From positions 544,001 through 608,000 of the forward strand of contig OZ245842.1 in NCBI GenBank assembly GCA_965228895.1: a DNA stretch of 64,000 nucleotides, written 5' to 3'. Positions 36,950 to 47,041 of the stretch are shown here, one piece after another. A model generated the notes under the pieces. The model made no database searches and was not told the DNA's origin. It saw only the letters and a list, made by a program, of their open reading frames with translations. A program made the position numbers and the translations under genes. Each line of letters begins with the position of its first letter. Within the stretch, counting starts at the first letter, position 1. Source of the DNA: Alphaproteobacteria bacterium (GTDB lineage Bacteria; Pseudomonadota; Alphaproteobacteria; SP197).

Positions 36950-38926
36950 TTACGCCGCGTTCGGCCTCGACGTCTCGGAAAGCGCAGCCGTAGCCGCTTC
37001 GACCTCGACAAAGGTGTCGTTATAGGCGGGCTGGCCGCCGGCCGACCAGGATGACGGCGTCAGCATGTTGGCCAAGGCCGCGGTCTCGGCCGGCTCGCTC
37101 CACCATTTGCCGATCAACGTGACCGCTCCAGGACAGATGATGTCGCTGACGTTGAGCACGGCGCGTATCTCGCCGCGCTCGTTGCGGATGAGGACGTCCA
37201 GGCCGTCGATTAAACCGAGCCTATCGGCGTCAGCCGGGTTCATTTCCAGGGCCGGACGGCCCTGTGCCTTGCGATGGCGCGGCATGTTGGCGAAGCTCGA
37301 GTTGAGGAAGTAGTGGGACTTGGGCGTCAGCAATCGAAGACTGTCCGAGGCGAGCGGCTCCGGGTCGTCGCCGGCGAAGCGCAGGGTCGGTTCGCCTGCT
37401 GACGGGTCCGGGCGCGGTGGTGAAACCTTGTGCCAGCCGTCGGCTTTCAGCGCCTCCAAGGTCAAGCCCGGCGGCAAGGTGCAGGCGGCGATCTCTTCGT
37501 CGCCTTCACGATACGCGGGACCCTCAAGGCCCAATCGCGGCGCCAGCAGGCGCATGACGTCACCGTGGGATTTCGCCTCGCCCAGCGGCGCGATGGCCGG
37601 GTTGTTCACCGTCACGTAATGATGCCCCCACGCACCCAAGACGTCGAAATGCTCAAGCTGGGTGGTCGCCGGCAAGACGATATCGGCATAGCGCGCCGTA
37701 TCCGTCATGAAATGCTCGAGAACGACCGTGAACAAATCGTCGCGGCAGAGACCGCGCCGTACCCTTGCGGAGTCTGTTTGAATCACGGCGGGGTTCATGC
37801 ACCAGACCATCAGTCCCTTGATCGGCGGATCGAGATCGGTCAACGCCGGGCCTACGGCCGCGAGATCCACGCTGCGGGAAGGTCCAGGCAACAGGTCGTC
37901 GCGGCCGGCGGCGTACTCGTCGAACGCCGGCGCGTCGAACAAGAAAAGACCGCCGCCGGGAAGACGCCAATGGCCGCCCAACATGGCAAGCGCCGACAGC
38001 GAACGCACGAAAGCTTCACCGCGCACGGTCTGCTGGGGCGCGACGCCGGCGCGCAGCACGGCGGGTTTTGCGGCGGCAAATTCGCGCGCCAGGCGGATGA
38101 CGGTCCCGGCGTCGCAACCGCACGCGGCCGCCACGCGTTCCGGCGTCCAGGGTTCGACCTGGGCGCAAAAGGCGTCGAAGTCGGCGGCCGTCGCCTGGGC
38201 ATAGTCGAGATCGGCGAGGCCTTCGCGAAGCATCACATGGGCCATGCCCGCAGCCAGGATTGCGTCGCTGCCCGGCGTAATCGCAAGATGTTCGTCGCAC
38301 TGTTCCGCCGTGCGGCTGCGTCGCGGGTCGATGCAGATCACCCGCGTGCCGTGGCGCCGCCGGGCTTCCTTGATGAACCGCCAGTGGTGGTGGCAGGTCG
38401 ACAGCATGTTGACGCCCCACAGAATGATAAGGCGGCTGTCGACGATTTCCTCGGGGTCGAACCCTACGGGGTGGCCTTCCTCCCAGAGCGCACTCATGGA
38501 GGCGCCGCAGAGTTCGCCATGCAGCTGCGAAGCGCCCAGGCCGTGGAACAGGCGCATCAGCGCGTGCCGCTGAACCACCCCCATGGAACCCAGATAGAAA
38601 AGCGGCATCAATGCCTCGGGACCATCGCGTTCGATGATCGCCAAGAAACGCTCGGCGATGGTGTCCAGTGCCTCATCCCAGCTGATCTGCTCGAACGCGC
38701 CGCTGCCTTTGGCACCCGTACGACGCAGTGGATGGAGCAGCCGGTCCGGGGCATAGGTCCGCGACTGATAGTCGTTGACCTTGGCGCACAACACGCCACG
38801 GGTGATCGGATGGTCCTTGGCGCCCTCGACCCGTGTGACCCGGCCATCCTCGACATGCGCGGTCCAGGCACAGGTATCCTGGCAATCAAGCGGACAGCAG
38901 CCCTTGATCTGTCGCGTCTCGCCCAT
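36950..38926 (-). CDS. Molybdopterin-dependent oxidoreductase (DMSO reductase superfamily, uncharacterised clade)
   Basis: CPLDCQDTC..C Fe-S motif, PDRLLHPLRR, MTDTARYADIVLPA, FLNSSF. Confidence 0.88.
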   Translation of the reverse strand: MGETRQIKGCCPLDCQDTCAWTAHVEDGRVTRVEGAKDHPITRGVLCAKVNDYQSRTYAPDRLLHPLRRTGAKGSGAFEQISWDEALDTIAERFLAIIERDGPEALMPLFYLGSMGVVQRHALMRLFHGLGASQLHGELCGASMSALWEEGHPVGFDPEEIVDSRLIILWGVNMLSTCHHHWRFIKEARRRHGTRVICIDPRRSRTAEQCDEHLAITPGSDAILAAGMAHVMLREGLADLDYAQATAADFDAFCAQVEPWTPERVAAACGCDAGTVIRLAREFAAAKPAVLRAGVAPQQTVRGEAFVRSLSALAMLGGHWRLPGGGLFLFDAPAFDEYAAGRDDLLPGPSRSVDLAAVGPALTDLDPPIKGLMVWCMNPAVIQTDSARVRRGLCRDDLFTVVLEHFMTDTARYADIVLPATTQLEHFDVLGAWGHHYVTVNNPAIAPLGEAKSHGDVMRLLAPRLGLEGPAYREGDEEIAACTLPPGLTLEALKADGWHKVSPPRPDPSAGEPTLRFAGDDPEPLASDSLRLLTPKSHYFLNSSFANMPRHRKAQGRPALEMNPADADRLGLIDGLDVLIRNERGEIRAVLNVSDIICPGAVTLIGKWWSEPAETAALANMLTPSSWSAGGQPAYNDTFVEVEAATAALSETSRPNAA

Positions 38927-39461
38927 TGTGCCTCCCTTTGCCCCAATCCGTCATTGGCGCTAATAGCCCGAAATGTCGTGCGACCTAGTCTGTCTTGGTG
39001 AAGAGCTTGCCATGCAGATTTACAGCATCCAATCACAAAGCAATGTCTGACCCCCGTGTCGTCGAACGTTCGCCATTGAATGCCTGTATGCACTGCTGAC
39101 CGGGAAACTTGGCAATGACCGGTTCGCCGCTCAGTTTGTCTGAATAGGTGTAACGCTTCTTGTCGCGTGATGCCGCCGTCTACAATCGCGCTCCCACGCA
39201 TCAGCACGTGATCTCGACATCCCGACAACCGTGTCGCATATGACAGAGCCTTCACTGGTGACGCGACATGACTCAGATCATTGCATGACGCCGAACATCC
39301 AGGACAGTAACGCATTCGCTGCGTTTGCCGTTGCGGCAAGAGCATGTGGACGAAGCCATCGCTGGTGGATCGATCAACCCATGACGCAAAGCTTGAGCGA
39401 TTATCTGGCTCGATGCGACGATGCTCATCCATCAACCTAGGTGTTTCGAGGTGGTGATCGC

Positions 39462-40802
39462 ATGAGCGCCTCGCGCGAACAATGGGGAAGCCGCTACGGC
39501 TTTGTGTTGGCCACCATCGGCGGCGCGGTCGGCATGGGTAACATATGGCGATTTTCCTACGTTGCCGGCGAGAACGGCGGTGCGGTCTTCCTTTTTATCT
39601 ATCTTGCCTTCGTGTTCCTGATCGGCGTTCCCTTGATGATCGCGGAGCTGTCGATCGGCCGTCACGCCCAAGGCGATGCCATCAGTGCGTATGAGACGGC
39701 GAACAAGACGCGTCGATGGCGTGTCGTCGGCTGGATAGGCATTCTGGCCGCTGTCATTCTCTTGAGCTACTACGCTGTTATTGCCGGCTGGGCGTTGAAG
39801 TACGTTGTCGGGGCATCAACCGGCGCCCTATGGCGTGCGACGGGGGCGGACTACGGCGGTTACTTCGAACAGTTTATCGCCCATCGTGGTGAACCAACGG
39901 CCTGGCAGGCGTGCGCGCTGACAATAACGGTCCTTGTTGTTGCCTGCGGCGTTCGGCAGGGGATCGAGCGTATCAATCGAATGCTGATCCCCATTCTTGC
40001 CGCCATCATAATTGTCCTTGCCGGCTACGCGCTTTCCCTGCCGGGATCAAGCGCGGGCGTCAGTTTTCTGCTCGCCCCCGACTGGACTGTTCTGCGGCAG
40101 CCAGGCGTCTATGCGGCGGCCCTGGGCCAAGCCTTTTTCACCCTGGGCATGGGCATGGCGTTTTTCGTGACCTACGGCAGTTACATGCCGCGGACCTTCT
40201 CAATACCTGCCTCTGCGGTGGTCATAGCTATTGGCGATACGCTGTTCGCGCTCATCGCGGGCTTGGCGATTTTCCCGGCGGTCTTCGCGTTGGGGGCCGA
40301 TCCTGCCGCAGGACCTGAACTGGCTTTCGTGACGTTGCCCCAGATCTTTCTCGAAATGCCCGGCGGCGATGTCGTCGGTGTCGTGTTCTTCCTGCTGCTC
40401 GCAACCGCCGCCATCACGTCGATGGTCGCCTTGCTCGAAATCCCGGTTTCGGCGCTGACTCAGCGTCTGCGGCTGCGGCGCTGGCGCGCGACGGTGGGTA
40501 TGGGTGTTGGCGTGTTCCTCCTCGGCTTGCCCTCGGCGCTGAGCTATGGCGTGCTCAGCCACGTCCACGTGGGATCATACGGCATTCTCGAAGCGATCGA
40601 CTATGGCGCGTCCAACATCCTTTTGCCCACGGCGGGTATTCTGACGGCGCTCTATGTCGGCTGGCGTCTGGAGCGCGCGTTCGTCTTGGACGAGGCGGAT
40701 TTCGGTAGGCGGCGGATCGGTGTCGTCTGGTTGTGGCTGGTGCGGGTTCTCGTTCCGGTGACCATACTGGGGATACTTCTGCAGTCGGCTGGGGCGCTCT
40801 GA
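39462..40802 (+). CDS. Sodium-dependent transporter, NSS/SNF (LeuT) family
   Basis: REQWGSR, GAVGMGNIWRF, NGGAVF, GQAFFTL. Confidence 0.93.
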   Translation: MSASREQWGSRYGFVLATIGGAVGMGNIWRFSYVAGENGGAVFLFIYLAFVFLIGVPLMIAELSIGRHAQGDAISAYETANKTRRWRVVGWIGILAAVILLSYYAVIAGWALKYVVGASTGALWRATGADYGGYFEQFIAHRGEPTAWQACALTITVLVVACGVRQGIERINRMLIPILAAIIIVLAGYALSLPGSSAGVSFLLAPDWTVLRQPGVYAAALGQAFFTLGMGMAFFVTYGSYMPRTFSIPASAVVIAIGDTLFALIAGLAIFPAVFALGADPAAGPELAFVTLPQIFLEMPGGDVVGVVFFLLLATAAITSMVALLEIPVSALTQRLRLRRWRATVGMGVGVFLLGLPSALSYGVLSHVHVGSYGILEAIDYGASNILLPTAGILTALYVGWRLERAFVLDEADFGRRRIGVVWLWLVRVLVPVTILGILLQSAGAL

Positions 40803-40986
40803 GCCGATTGAAACCGTCGTGGTTCAATGACCCAAACAACCATCTTCGAAGATTGATGCCGGGGACCTTCGGTTCACGAGAAGTGGTGGCTACGGTCAGT
40901 CCAACTTAGTTCCGTGGGCAGACCTGCATCGGTGTTTCGCCCCTGCCGTGCATGCAACGGCAGTTGGTGTCGCTCGTTGGCTGCGT

Positions 40987-41835
40987 TCACCAGGCCTTGA
41001 CGGCCAAGACATCGCAGGGCGGGCTCCTGAGCAGGTCTTCGGCGACGCTGCCAAGAAGAGCATGGGCCGCACCCGTGCGGCCGTGCGTGCCGATAACGAG
41101 CAGGTCGGGCTTCAATCGATCGAGCTGCTGGTGAATGACCTCCCGCACCGTGCCTTCCTGCATGATGCGCTCGAACCTGGGCGACTCGGCTTCAAGACTG
41201 GCGAGGAACGAGGCCATCTCTTCTTCGATCATGTGTTCGAACGCGGCCTGATGCTGTTTGTCGACTTCCCGTCGCGTGTTGTGGCCATAGAGGAAACCCT
41301 TGAAGGGCACGTCATACGCATGAACGAGATGAAACTCGCCATTTGCTACGAACTTGACCGCGAACTCGATTGCGCGTCTGGAATAGACCGAGAAATCGAC
41401 ACCAACCATGATCCGGCGATAGGGGCCACTGTCACGTTCTTTCACGAGAAGGATGGGAACATCGCCGGCGCGGATGACGCGTTCGGCCGTGGTGCCCCGA
41501 AACATGTCCTTGAAAGCATCTTCACGATGGACACCCAGGACGATCAGGTCGGCGTCCGTATCTTCCGACAACTCGAGAATATCAACGTAGGCCCTGCCGA
41601 AAACGACCTTGATCGCGACGTTCGGTGCGTCGCCTGCCGTGAGTGTGGCGATGTGTTCTTGAATAGCCTGTTCGGCGGCGCGGTGCTGCGCATTGGCAAT
41701 TGACGCCGGCAAGTCTTCATCGATCACGTGGACGATGGTCAGGTCAGCGCCGCAATTCGAAGCCTGGCGTACGGCGCGCTCCAACGCCCGGTCAGAACGT
41801 GCCGATAGGTCCGTCGCCATCAAGATGTTTTTCAT
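40987..41835 (-). CDS. Tandem universal stress protein
   Basis: ILMATDLS, GTTAERV, GTHGRTG...LGSVAE. Confidence 0.92.
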   Translation of the reverse strand: MKNILMATDLSARSDRALERAVRQASNCGADLTIVHVIDEDLPASIANAQHRAAEQAIQEHIATLTAGDAPNVAIKVVFGRAYVDILELSEDTDADLIVLGVHREDAFKDMFRGTTAERVIRAGDVPILLVKERDSGPYRRIMVGVDFSVYSRRAIEFAVKFVANGEFHLVHAYDVPFKGFLYGHNTRREVDKQHQAAFEHMIEEEMASFLASLEAESPRFERIMQEGTVREVIHQQLDRLKPDLLVIGTHGRTGAAHALLGSVAEDLLRSPPCDVLAVKAW

Positions 41836-41909
41836 GCACGTCGCTCCCGTTGTTGTCGATTTGCTCTGCGTGCCGGTCCCAGCCAGAAGCCGCCGGCGCG
41901 CATCCGGTG

Positions 41910-42986
41910 CTATGGTGTGATGGCCACCTTCAGCACGCCGTCACGCTGGTTGGCGAACAGCTCATAGGCGTCTTCGATTTGGTCCAGCTTATAGCGGTGC
42001 GTCACCAGCGATGTCAGATCGAGCCGCTCGGAGACGATAACATTCATCAGCCGGCGCATCCGCTCCTTGCCGCCGGGGCACAGCGACGTGACGATGGTCT
42101 GATCGCCCAGGCCGGCGTTGAACGCGGCGAGCGGGATGGTCAGATCGTCCGCATAAACGCCTAGGCTGGATAAGATGCCGCCCGGCTTCAGGATCTTCAA
42201 ACAGCTCTCGAAGGTCGATTGCAGTCCAAGAGCCTCGATCGCAACATCGACGCCGCGCCCGTCGGTAAGACGCATGATTTCGTCAACCGGATCGTTTTTG
42301 CTGAAATCGACCACGATGTCGGCGCCGACGCGCTCGGCCATGGCGATACGTTCGCTCACCGATTCCACGGCGATGATCGTCGTCGCGCCGCGTAGTTTGG
42401 CGCCGGCGGTCGCGCATAGACCGATCGGCCCCTGGGCGAAGACCGCTACCGTGTCGCCGATCTTGATGTTGCCGGACTCAGCGCCGGCGAAACCCGTCGA
42501 CATGATATCCGGGCACATCAGGACCTGTTCGTCGGTCAGGCCGTCGGGCACGGGCGCCAGATTGGCCATCGCGTCGGGCACCAGAACGTATTCGGCCTGG
42601 GTGCCGTCGATCGTGTTGCCAAAGCGCCAGCCGCCCATCGGTTTCAGGCCATGGGCCGCGCTTTGGCCATCCTGGGCGTGCAGGCCGTCAAGGCAGGCAT
42701 TGGAGTAGCCACTGGGGCAGATGGCGCCGGCGATGACGCGCTGGCCTTCCTCATAACCCCCGACATTTGCCCCCAGTTTTTCGATTATGCCGACCGGCTC
42801 GTGTCCGACCGTCAGGCCTCTGGCGACCGGGTACTCGCCCTTGAGAATATGAACATCCGTCCCGCAAATCGTCGTCGTGGTAATCCGCATCAACGCATCA
42901 TTCGGTCCGACATCCGGGATCGGCTTGTCGTCCAGGGCAATGCGGCCGGGTTCAACGAAGAGGGCGGCTTTCATCATCTCGGGCAT
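41910..42986 (-). CDS. Zinc-dependent NAD(P) alcohol dehydrogenase
   Basis: ICGTDVH, GHEPVG, CPDIMSTG, QGPIG, CPGGKERM. Confidence 0.92.
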   Translation of the reverse strand: MPEMMKAALFVEPGRIALDDKPIPDVGPNDALMRITTTTICGTDVHILKGEYPVARGLTVGHEPVGIIEKLGANVGGYEEGQRVIAGAICPSGYSNACLDGLHAQDGQSAAHGLKPMGGWRFGNTIDGTQAEYVLVPDAMANLAPVPDGLTDEQVLMCPDIMSTGFAGAESGNIKIGDTVAVFAQGPIGLCATAGAKLRGATTIIAVESVSERIAMAERVGADIVVDFSKNDPVDEIMRLTDGRGVDVAIEALGLQSTFESCLKILKPGGILSSLGVYADDLTIPLAAFNAGLGDQTIVTSLCPGGKERMRRLMNVIVSERLDLTSLVTHRYKLDQIEDAYELFANQRDGVLKVAITP

Positions 42987-43051
42987 GGCTGGCGTTTCCT
43001 TCGGCGGGAAATTGAACAATGCTTACTTGTACTCAGGAGAACTTGATGGCA

Positions 43052-43065
43052 TTGATTTATATCAA
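43052..43065. promoter_or_regulatory. FNR/FixK box TTGATTTATATCAA
   Basis: Perfect TTGAT-N4-ATCAA consensus upstream of adh-usp. Confidence 0.8.
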
Positions 43066-43085
43066 TGAACGTTTAATGACGTTCA
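43066..43085. promoter_or_regulatory. Palindrome TGAACGT-N6-ACGTTCA, candidate operator
   Basis: 7-6-7 inverted repeat abutting the FNR box, upstream of the small HTH gene. Confidence 0.45.
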
Positions 43086-43125
43086 CCAATGCTTGACGAC
43101 GCTAGCTTGAACAAAAGGGTGCTTA

Positions 43126-43320
43126 GTGATGCTAAGCAGGCCGTTCTTCACGATCCATGAGATCGCAAAGCTTCTGAAGGTCAGCGAAGCGACCGTTCGA
43201 AGTTGGATTCATGAGGGTGAGCTTCGGGCCGTCAGGTTTGGCCGTGAGTTTCGTGTGGCCGCCAAGGACCTTGAGGCATTCGTGAACGCGCACGCGACAC
43301 GACCGCATCCGGAACAGTAG
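43126..43320 (+). CDS. Excisionase-like (HTH_17) DNA-binding protein
   Basis: FTIHEIAKLLKVSEATVRSWIHEGELRAVRFGREFRV. Confidence 0.85.
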   Translation: MMLSRPFFTIHEIAKLLKVSEATVRSWIHEGELRAVRFGREFRVAAKDLEAFVNAHATRPHPEQ

Positions 43321-43399
43321 ACAAAGCCGAGCTGGTACGTCCCGGGTCCAGGTTGGAAGACCTGCCCCATACATCGCCAACCAGAATGAGTAGGCGCTG

Positions 43400-45121
43400 A
43401 TGCTGGAAATCGTTTCCATCTCGGTCTTCTATGAGGTCGCGGCACTGCTTGTGTTGGCGACAGTTGTCGGGCTGATCGGCGTGCTGTTGCGCCAGCCCTT
43501 GATCGTCAGCTTCATCGCCGTCGGCATCCTGGCCGGCCCGTCGATGCTCGACATCGCGCGATCGGATGAGCAGATCAACCTGCTGGCGGAACTGGGGATC
43601 GCGGTCTTGCTGTTCCTGGTCGGCTTGAAGCTGGACGTCAAGCTGGTCCGCACGCTGGGCGCCGTGGCGCTGACGACGGGACTTGGCCAGGTCGCTTTTA
43701 CCTCGATCATCGGATTCTTGATCGGTCTGGCGCTTGGGCTGGGTGTCGTGACCAGCCTTTACGTCGCGGTCGCGCTGACGTTTTCCAGCACGATCATCAT
43801 CGTCAAGCTGCTGTCCGACAAACGCGAGATCGATTCCCTTCACGGACGCGTCGCGCTCGGTTTTCTGATCGTTCAGGATCTGGTCGTGGTGTTGGCCATG
43901 CTCGTCATGTCGGCAATCGGCGCCGGCGCCCAGGGCGACTCGGCAATTCTGGATGTCTTGCTCGTGTTTGCCTACGGCGCGCTCATGCTGGTCGCCGTCG
44001 GTCTGTTCATACGGTATGTCGCCGAACCCCTGGTCGAACGTCTGGCGCGCGCGCCCGAACTGCTTGTGTGTTTCGCGATCGGTTGGGCCGCGCTCCTGGC
44101 CGCGGCTGGCGATTATCTGGGCTTCAGCAAAGAGTTGGGCGGATTGCTGGCCGGCGTCTCCTTGGCCTCGACGCCGTTCCGCGAAGCGCTGGCGGCCAGG
44201 CTGGCGCCGCTGCGCGACTTCCTGTTGCTGTTCTTTTTCATCGCGCTGGGCGCAGGCCTCGATCTCTCGCTTCTCGACCAGCAGATCCCCCTGGCGATCG
44301 TGTTCTCGCTCTTTGTCTTGATCGGCAACCCGCTGATCGTCCTCGTGATCATGGGAACGATGGGCTATCGCAAACGCACGGGATTTCTCGCCGGTCTGAC
44401 GGTGGCCCAGATCAGCGAGTTTTCGCTGATCTTCGCGGCGGTCGGCGTCTCGCTCGGCCATATCGGCGGTGATACGCTCGGCCTGATCACCCTGGTCGGT
44501 CTGATCACGATTTCCCTTTCGACCTACATGATCACCTATTCTCATCACCTCTATGGGTGGCTGGAGCCGTTCCTGGGATGGTCCGAACGCCGCAACACGC
44601 CGCGCGAGGTGGTGGGTGATCCCGAACATACGCGCGGGCACTATGACGTCTTGCTGTTCGGTCTCGGCCGCTACGGCAGCGCGATCGCGCGCCGCTTGGC
44701 GCAGCATGGTGTTTCGGTGCTCGGTGTCGACTTCAACCCGACGGTCGCCAAGCAGATGCGCCAGGAAGGGTTCCATGTCGCCTATGGCGATGCTACCGAT
44801 CCCGAGTTCGTCGCCAGCCTGCCGCTTGCCGAGGTCAAGTGGGTGGTGTCCGCCGTTCCGGAGCATGACACAGGTATCACCCACGAGGATGCGCGGCTGG
44901 GCTTGATCGACGCACTCCGCAACGCCGGCTTTGCCGGCCGTACTGCGGTAACCGCGCACCGTGAAGCCGGCGCGGCGTTGCTCACCGACAGAGGCGCTGA
45001 TCTCATCCTCCAACCGTTTCGCGACGCGGCCGACCAGGCTGCACAACTAATTCTCGGCGAAGAGAGTCCATCACAGCAATCGGACGCGGGTGAGATGGGG
45101 ATATCCACGAGCCAGCGATGA
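43400..45121 (+). CDS. CPA2 cation:proton antiporter with C-terminal TrkA-N/RCK domain
   Basis: FSSTIIIVKLL, LIVQD, AQISEFS, FGLGRYG, YGDA. Confidence 0.92.
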   Translation: MLEIVSISVFYEVAALLVLATVVGLIGVLLRQPLIVSFIAVGILAGPSMLDIARSDEQINLLAELGIAVLLFLVGLKLDVKLVRTLGAVALTTGLGQVAFTSIIGFLIGLALGLGVVTSLYVAVALTFSSTIIIVKLLSDKREIDSLHGRVALGFLIVQDLVVVLAMLVMSAIGAGAQGDSAILDVLLVFAYGALMLVAVGLFIRYVAEPLVERLARAPELLVCFAIGWAALLAAAGDYLGFSKELGGLLAGVSLASTPFREALAARLAPLRDFLLLFFFIALGAGLDLSLLDQQIPLAIVFSLFVLIGNPLIVLVIMGTMGYRKRTGFLAGLTVAQISEFSLIFAAVGVSLGHIGGDTLGLITLVGLITISLSTYMITYSHHLYGWLEPFLGWSERRNTPREVVGDPEHTRGHYDVLLFGLGRYGSAIARRLAQHGVSVLGVDFNPTVAKQMRQEGFHVAYGDATDPEFVASLPLAEVKWVVSAVPEHDTGITHEDARLGLIDALRNAGFAGRTAVTAHREAGAALLTDRGADLILQPFRDAADQAAQLILGEESPSQQSDAGEMGISTSQR

Positions 45122-45253
45122 GCCATGTCGCCAGGCATGCCAACGTCGCCGCCCACATTGCCTTATCCGATCGATCTCGAGCGGTTCCGCGGCATGGCAG
45201 GCAAGTCGGCGCAACAGTCGCGCTCCCCTGTGACAAGACCTTGAATCGGTCGC

Positions 45254-47041
45254 CTATTCGGTGCGGCGCGTCGGTTTGGCGGCGATGTCGTTGTACGTGA
45301 TCATGTCCTCGAAGATGCCGCCTTCATCGAGGTCGGTGACGTTGTCCCGATAAATCTGCTGCCACCAGGTCTGGTTTTCGGGAACATCGAACTGGCAACT
45401 GCGGCGTCTCTCGGCCATGTCTTCATCGCTGATCAGAAGATCGACACGACGGGCGTCGAGATCAAGGCGGATCCGGTCGCCGTTGACCAGGATGGCGAGG
45501 CCGCCGCCCGCCGCTGCCTCGGGCGACACGTGCAGGATGGATGGCGCGCCCGACGTCCCGCTTTGCCGGCCGTCACCCATGGTCGGCAATTCGCTGACGC
45601 CCTGTTTCAGGAGCCAGGTGGGCGGGCGCATGTTCACGACCTCCGCTGAGCCCGGATAGCCTTTGGGTCCGACGCCGCGGATCACCAGGATCGTGTTTTC
45701 ATCGACCGGTAGTCCGGGATCATCAATGTTGGCGCGGTAGTCTTCGGGCCCATCGAACACCACGACGTTGAGCTCACACACGTTGGGGTGCTCGGGATGG
45801 GACAGGTAGCGTGAACGAAAGCCCGCGCTGATCGCAGATGTCTTGAGCAGGCCCGATCGAAACAGGTTACCGGCGAGAATGGTAAAACCGGCGTTCTCGG
45901 TCAACGGATCGCCGACGGTCGTGATCACCCGCCGGTCGCCTGTCATGGAACCCGCGCAGTTGTCAGCCAGAGACCTGCCATTCGCCGTTCTCACACCACC
46001 GTGCAGCAGGCCGGCCGCGTTCAGTTCATGCAGAACGGCTTGGCATCCGCCGGCGCGGTGGAAGTCCTCGGAGAGATAGTCGCCAACCGGCATACAATTG
46101 ACGATTTGCGGGATTGTGAAGCCGAGTGTCTGCCAGTCTTCGATGGCAATCTCGACACCGGCATGGGCCGCGATAGCGTTGATGTGGATCGCCGCGTTGG
46201 TGGATCCGCCGAGAGCGGCGCAGGTGACGATCGCGTTCTCGATGGACCGGCGCGTGATCAGGTCGCTGGGTGTCAGATCCTCCCACACCATCGCCACAAT
46301 GCGTTTCCCCGTGGCATGGGCGATTTGCTGTCTTTCGCGATAAGGCGCCGGTATCGACGCGTTGCCGGGCAGCGACATACCGAGCGTTTCGGCCAGGCAA
46401 TTCATGGTGAGCGCGGTGCCCATGGTGTTGCAGTGGCCGGTCGACAGAGCGGTGCAACCAACCATGTCAATATACGCGGTCTCGTCGATGTCGCCTTTTG
46501 CCAAGAGCTTTCGGGCCTCGAACGCCAGGGTGCCGGAGCCGACGCAGCGCCCCATGTAATGACCGTTCAACATCGGCCCGCATGATAACGCGATGGCGGG
46601 CAGATCAACGCTGGCCGCCGCCATAAGCTGAGCCGGTGTGGTCTTGTCGCAGCCTGTGGTCAGCACGACCCCGTCAAGGGGGTAGCCGTGCAGGGTTTCG
46701 ATCAGGCCCAGGCATTGCAGGTTACGGTCGAGTGCCGCGGTCGGCCGACGACCGGTTTCCTGGATCGGATGGATCGGAAACTCGATGGGTATGCCGCCGG
46801 CATCGCGAATGCCGTCCTTCACACGCTGTGCAAGAGTTTGATGGTGGCGGTTGCACGGGGCGAGGTCGGAGCCGGATTGGGCGATGCCAATGACCGGACG
46901 TCCGCAACGCATCTCCTCCTGCGTCAACCCGTAGTTCAGATAATGCTCAAGTAGCGTCACCGCCGCTTCGACATCGTCGGGATTGTTGAAACAGGCGCTG
47001 CTACGCAGGTCTTCAGGACGTTTCCTGCGCTTACCAGTCAT
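45254..47041 (-). CDS. IlvD/Edd family dehydratase (sugar-acid dehydratase type)
   Basis: PCNRHH, GCDKT, GHCNTMGTA, GDGRQSGTS. Confidence 0.9.
   Translation of the reverse strand: MTGKRRKRPEDLRSSACFNNPDDVEAAVTLLEHYLNYGLTQEEMRCGRPVIGIAQSGSDLAPCNRHHQTLAQRVKDGIRDAGGIPIEFPIHPIQETGRRPTAALDRNLQCLGLIETLHGYPLDGVVLTTGCDKTTPAQLMAAASVDLPAIALSCGPMLNGHYMGRCVGSGTLAFEARKLLAKGDIDETAYIDMVGCTALSTGHCNTMGTALTMNCLAETLGMSLPGNASIPAPYRERQQIAHATGKRIVAMVWEDLTPSDLITRRSIENAIVTCAALGGSTNAAIHINAIAAHAGVEIAIEDWQTLGFTIPQIVNCMPVGDYLSEDFHRAGGCQAVLHELNAAGLLHGGVRTANGRSLADNCAGSMTGDRRVITTVGDPLTENAGFTILAGNLFRSGLLKTSAISAGFRSRYLSHPEHPNVCELNVVVFDGPEDYRANIDDPGLPVDENTILVIRGVGPKGYPGSAEVVNMRPPTWLLKQGVSELPTMGDGRQSGTSGAPSILHVSPEAAAGGGLAILVNGDRIRLDLDARRVDLLISDEDMAERRRSCQFDVPENQTWWQQIYRDNVTDLDEGGIFEDMITYNDIAAKPTRRTE

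Noticed and set aside
39130-39235. Possible frameshifted relic of an ABC ATPase C-terminus on the minus strand (GMS/DHVLMRG..I....TRQEA)
   Set aside because: Too short and degenerate to support without a search
43126-43320. Excisionase suggesting a prophage or ICE
   Set aside because: No integrase, att repeat or phage genes in the window; HTH_17 proteins are common small regulators
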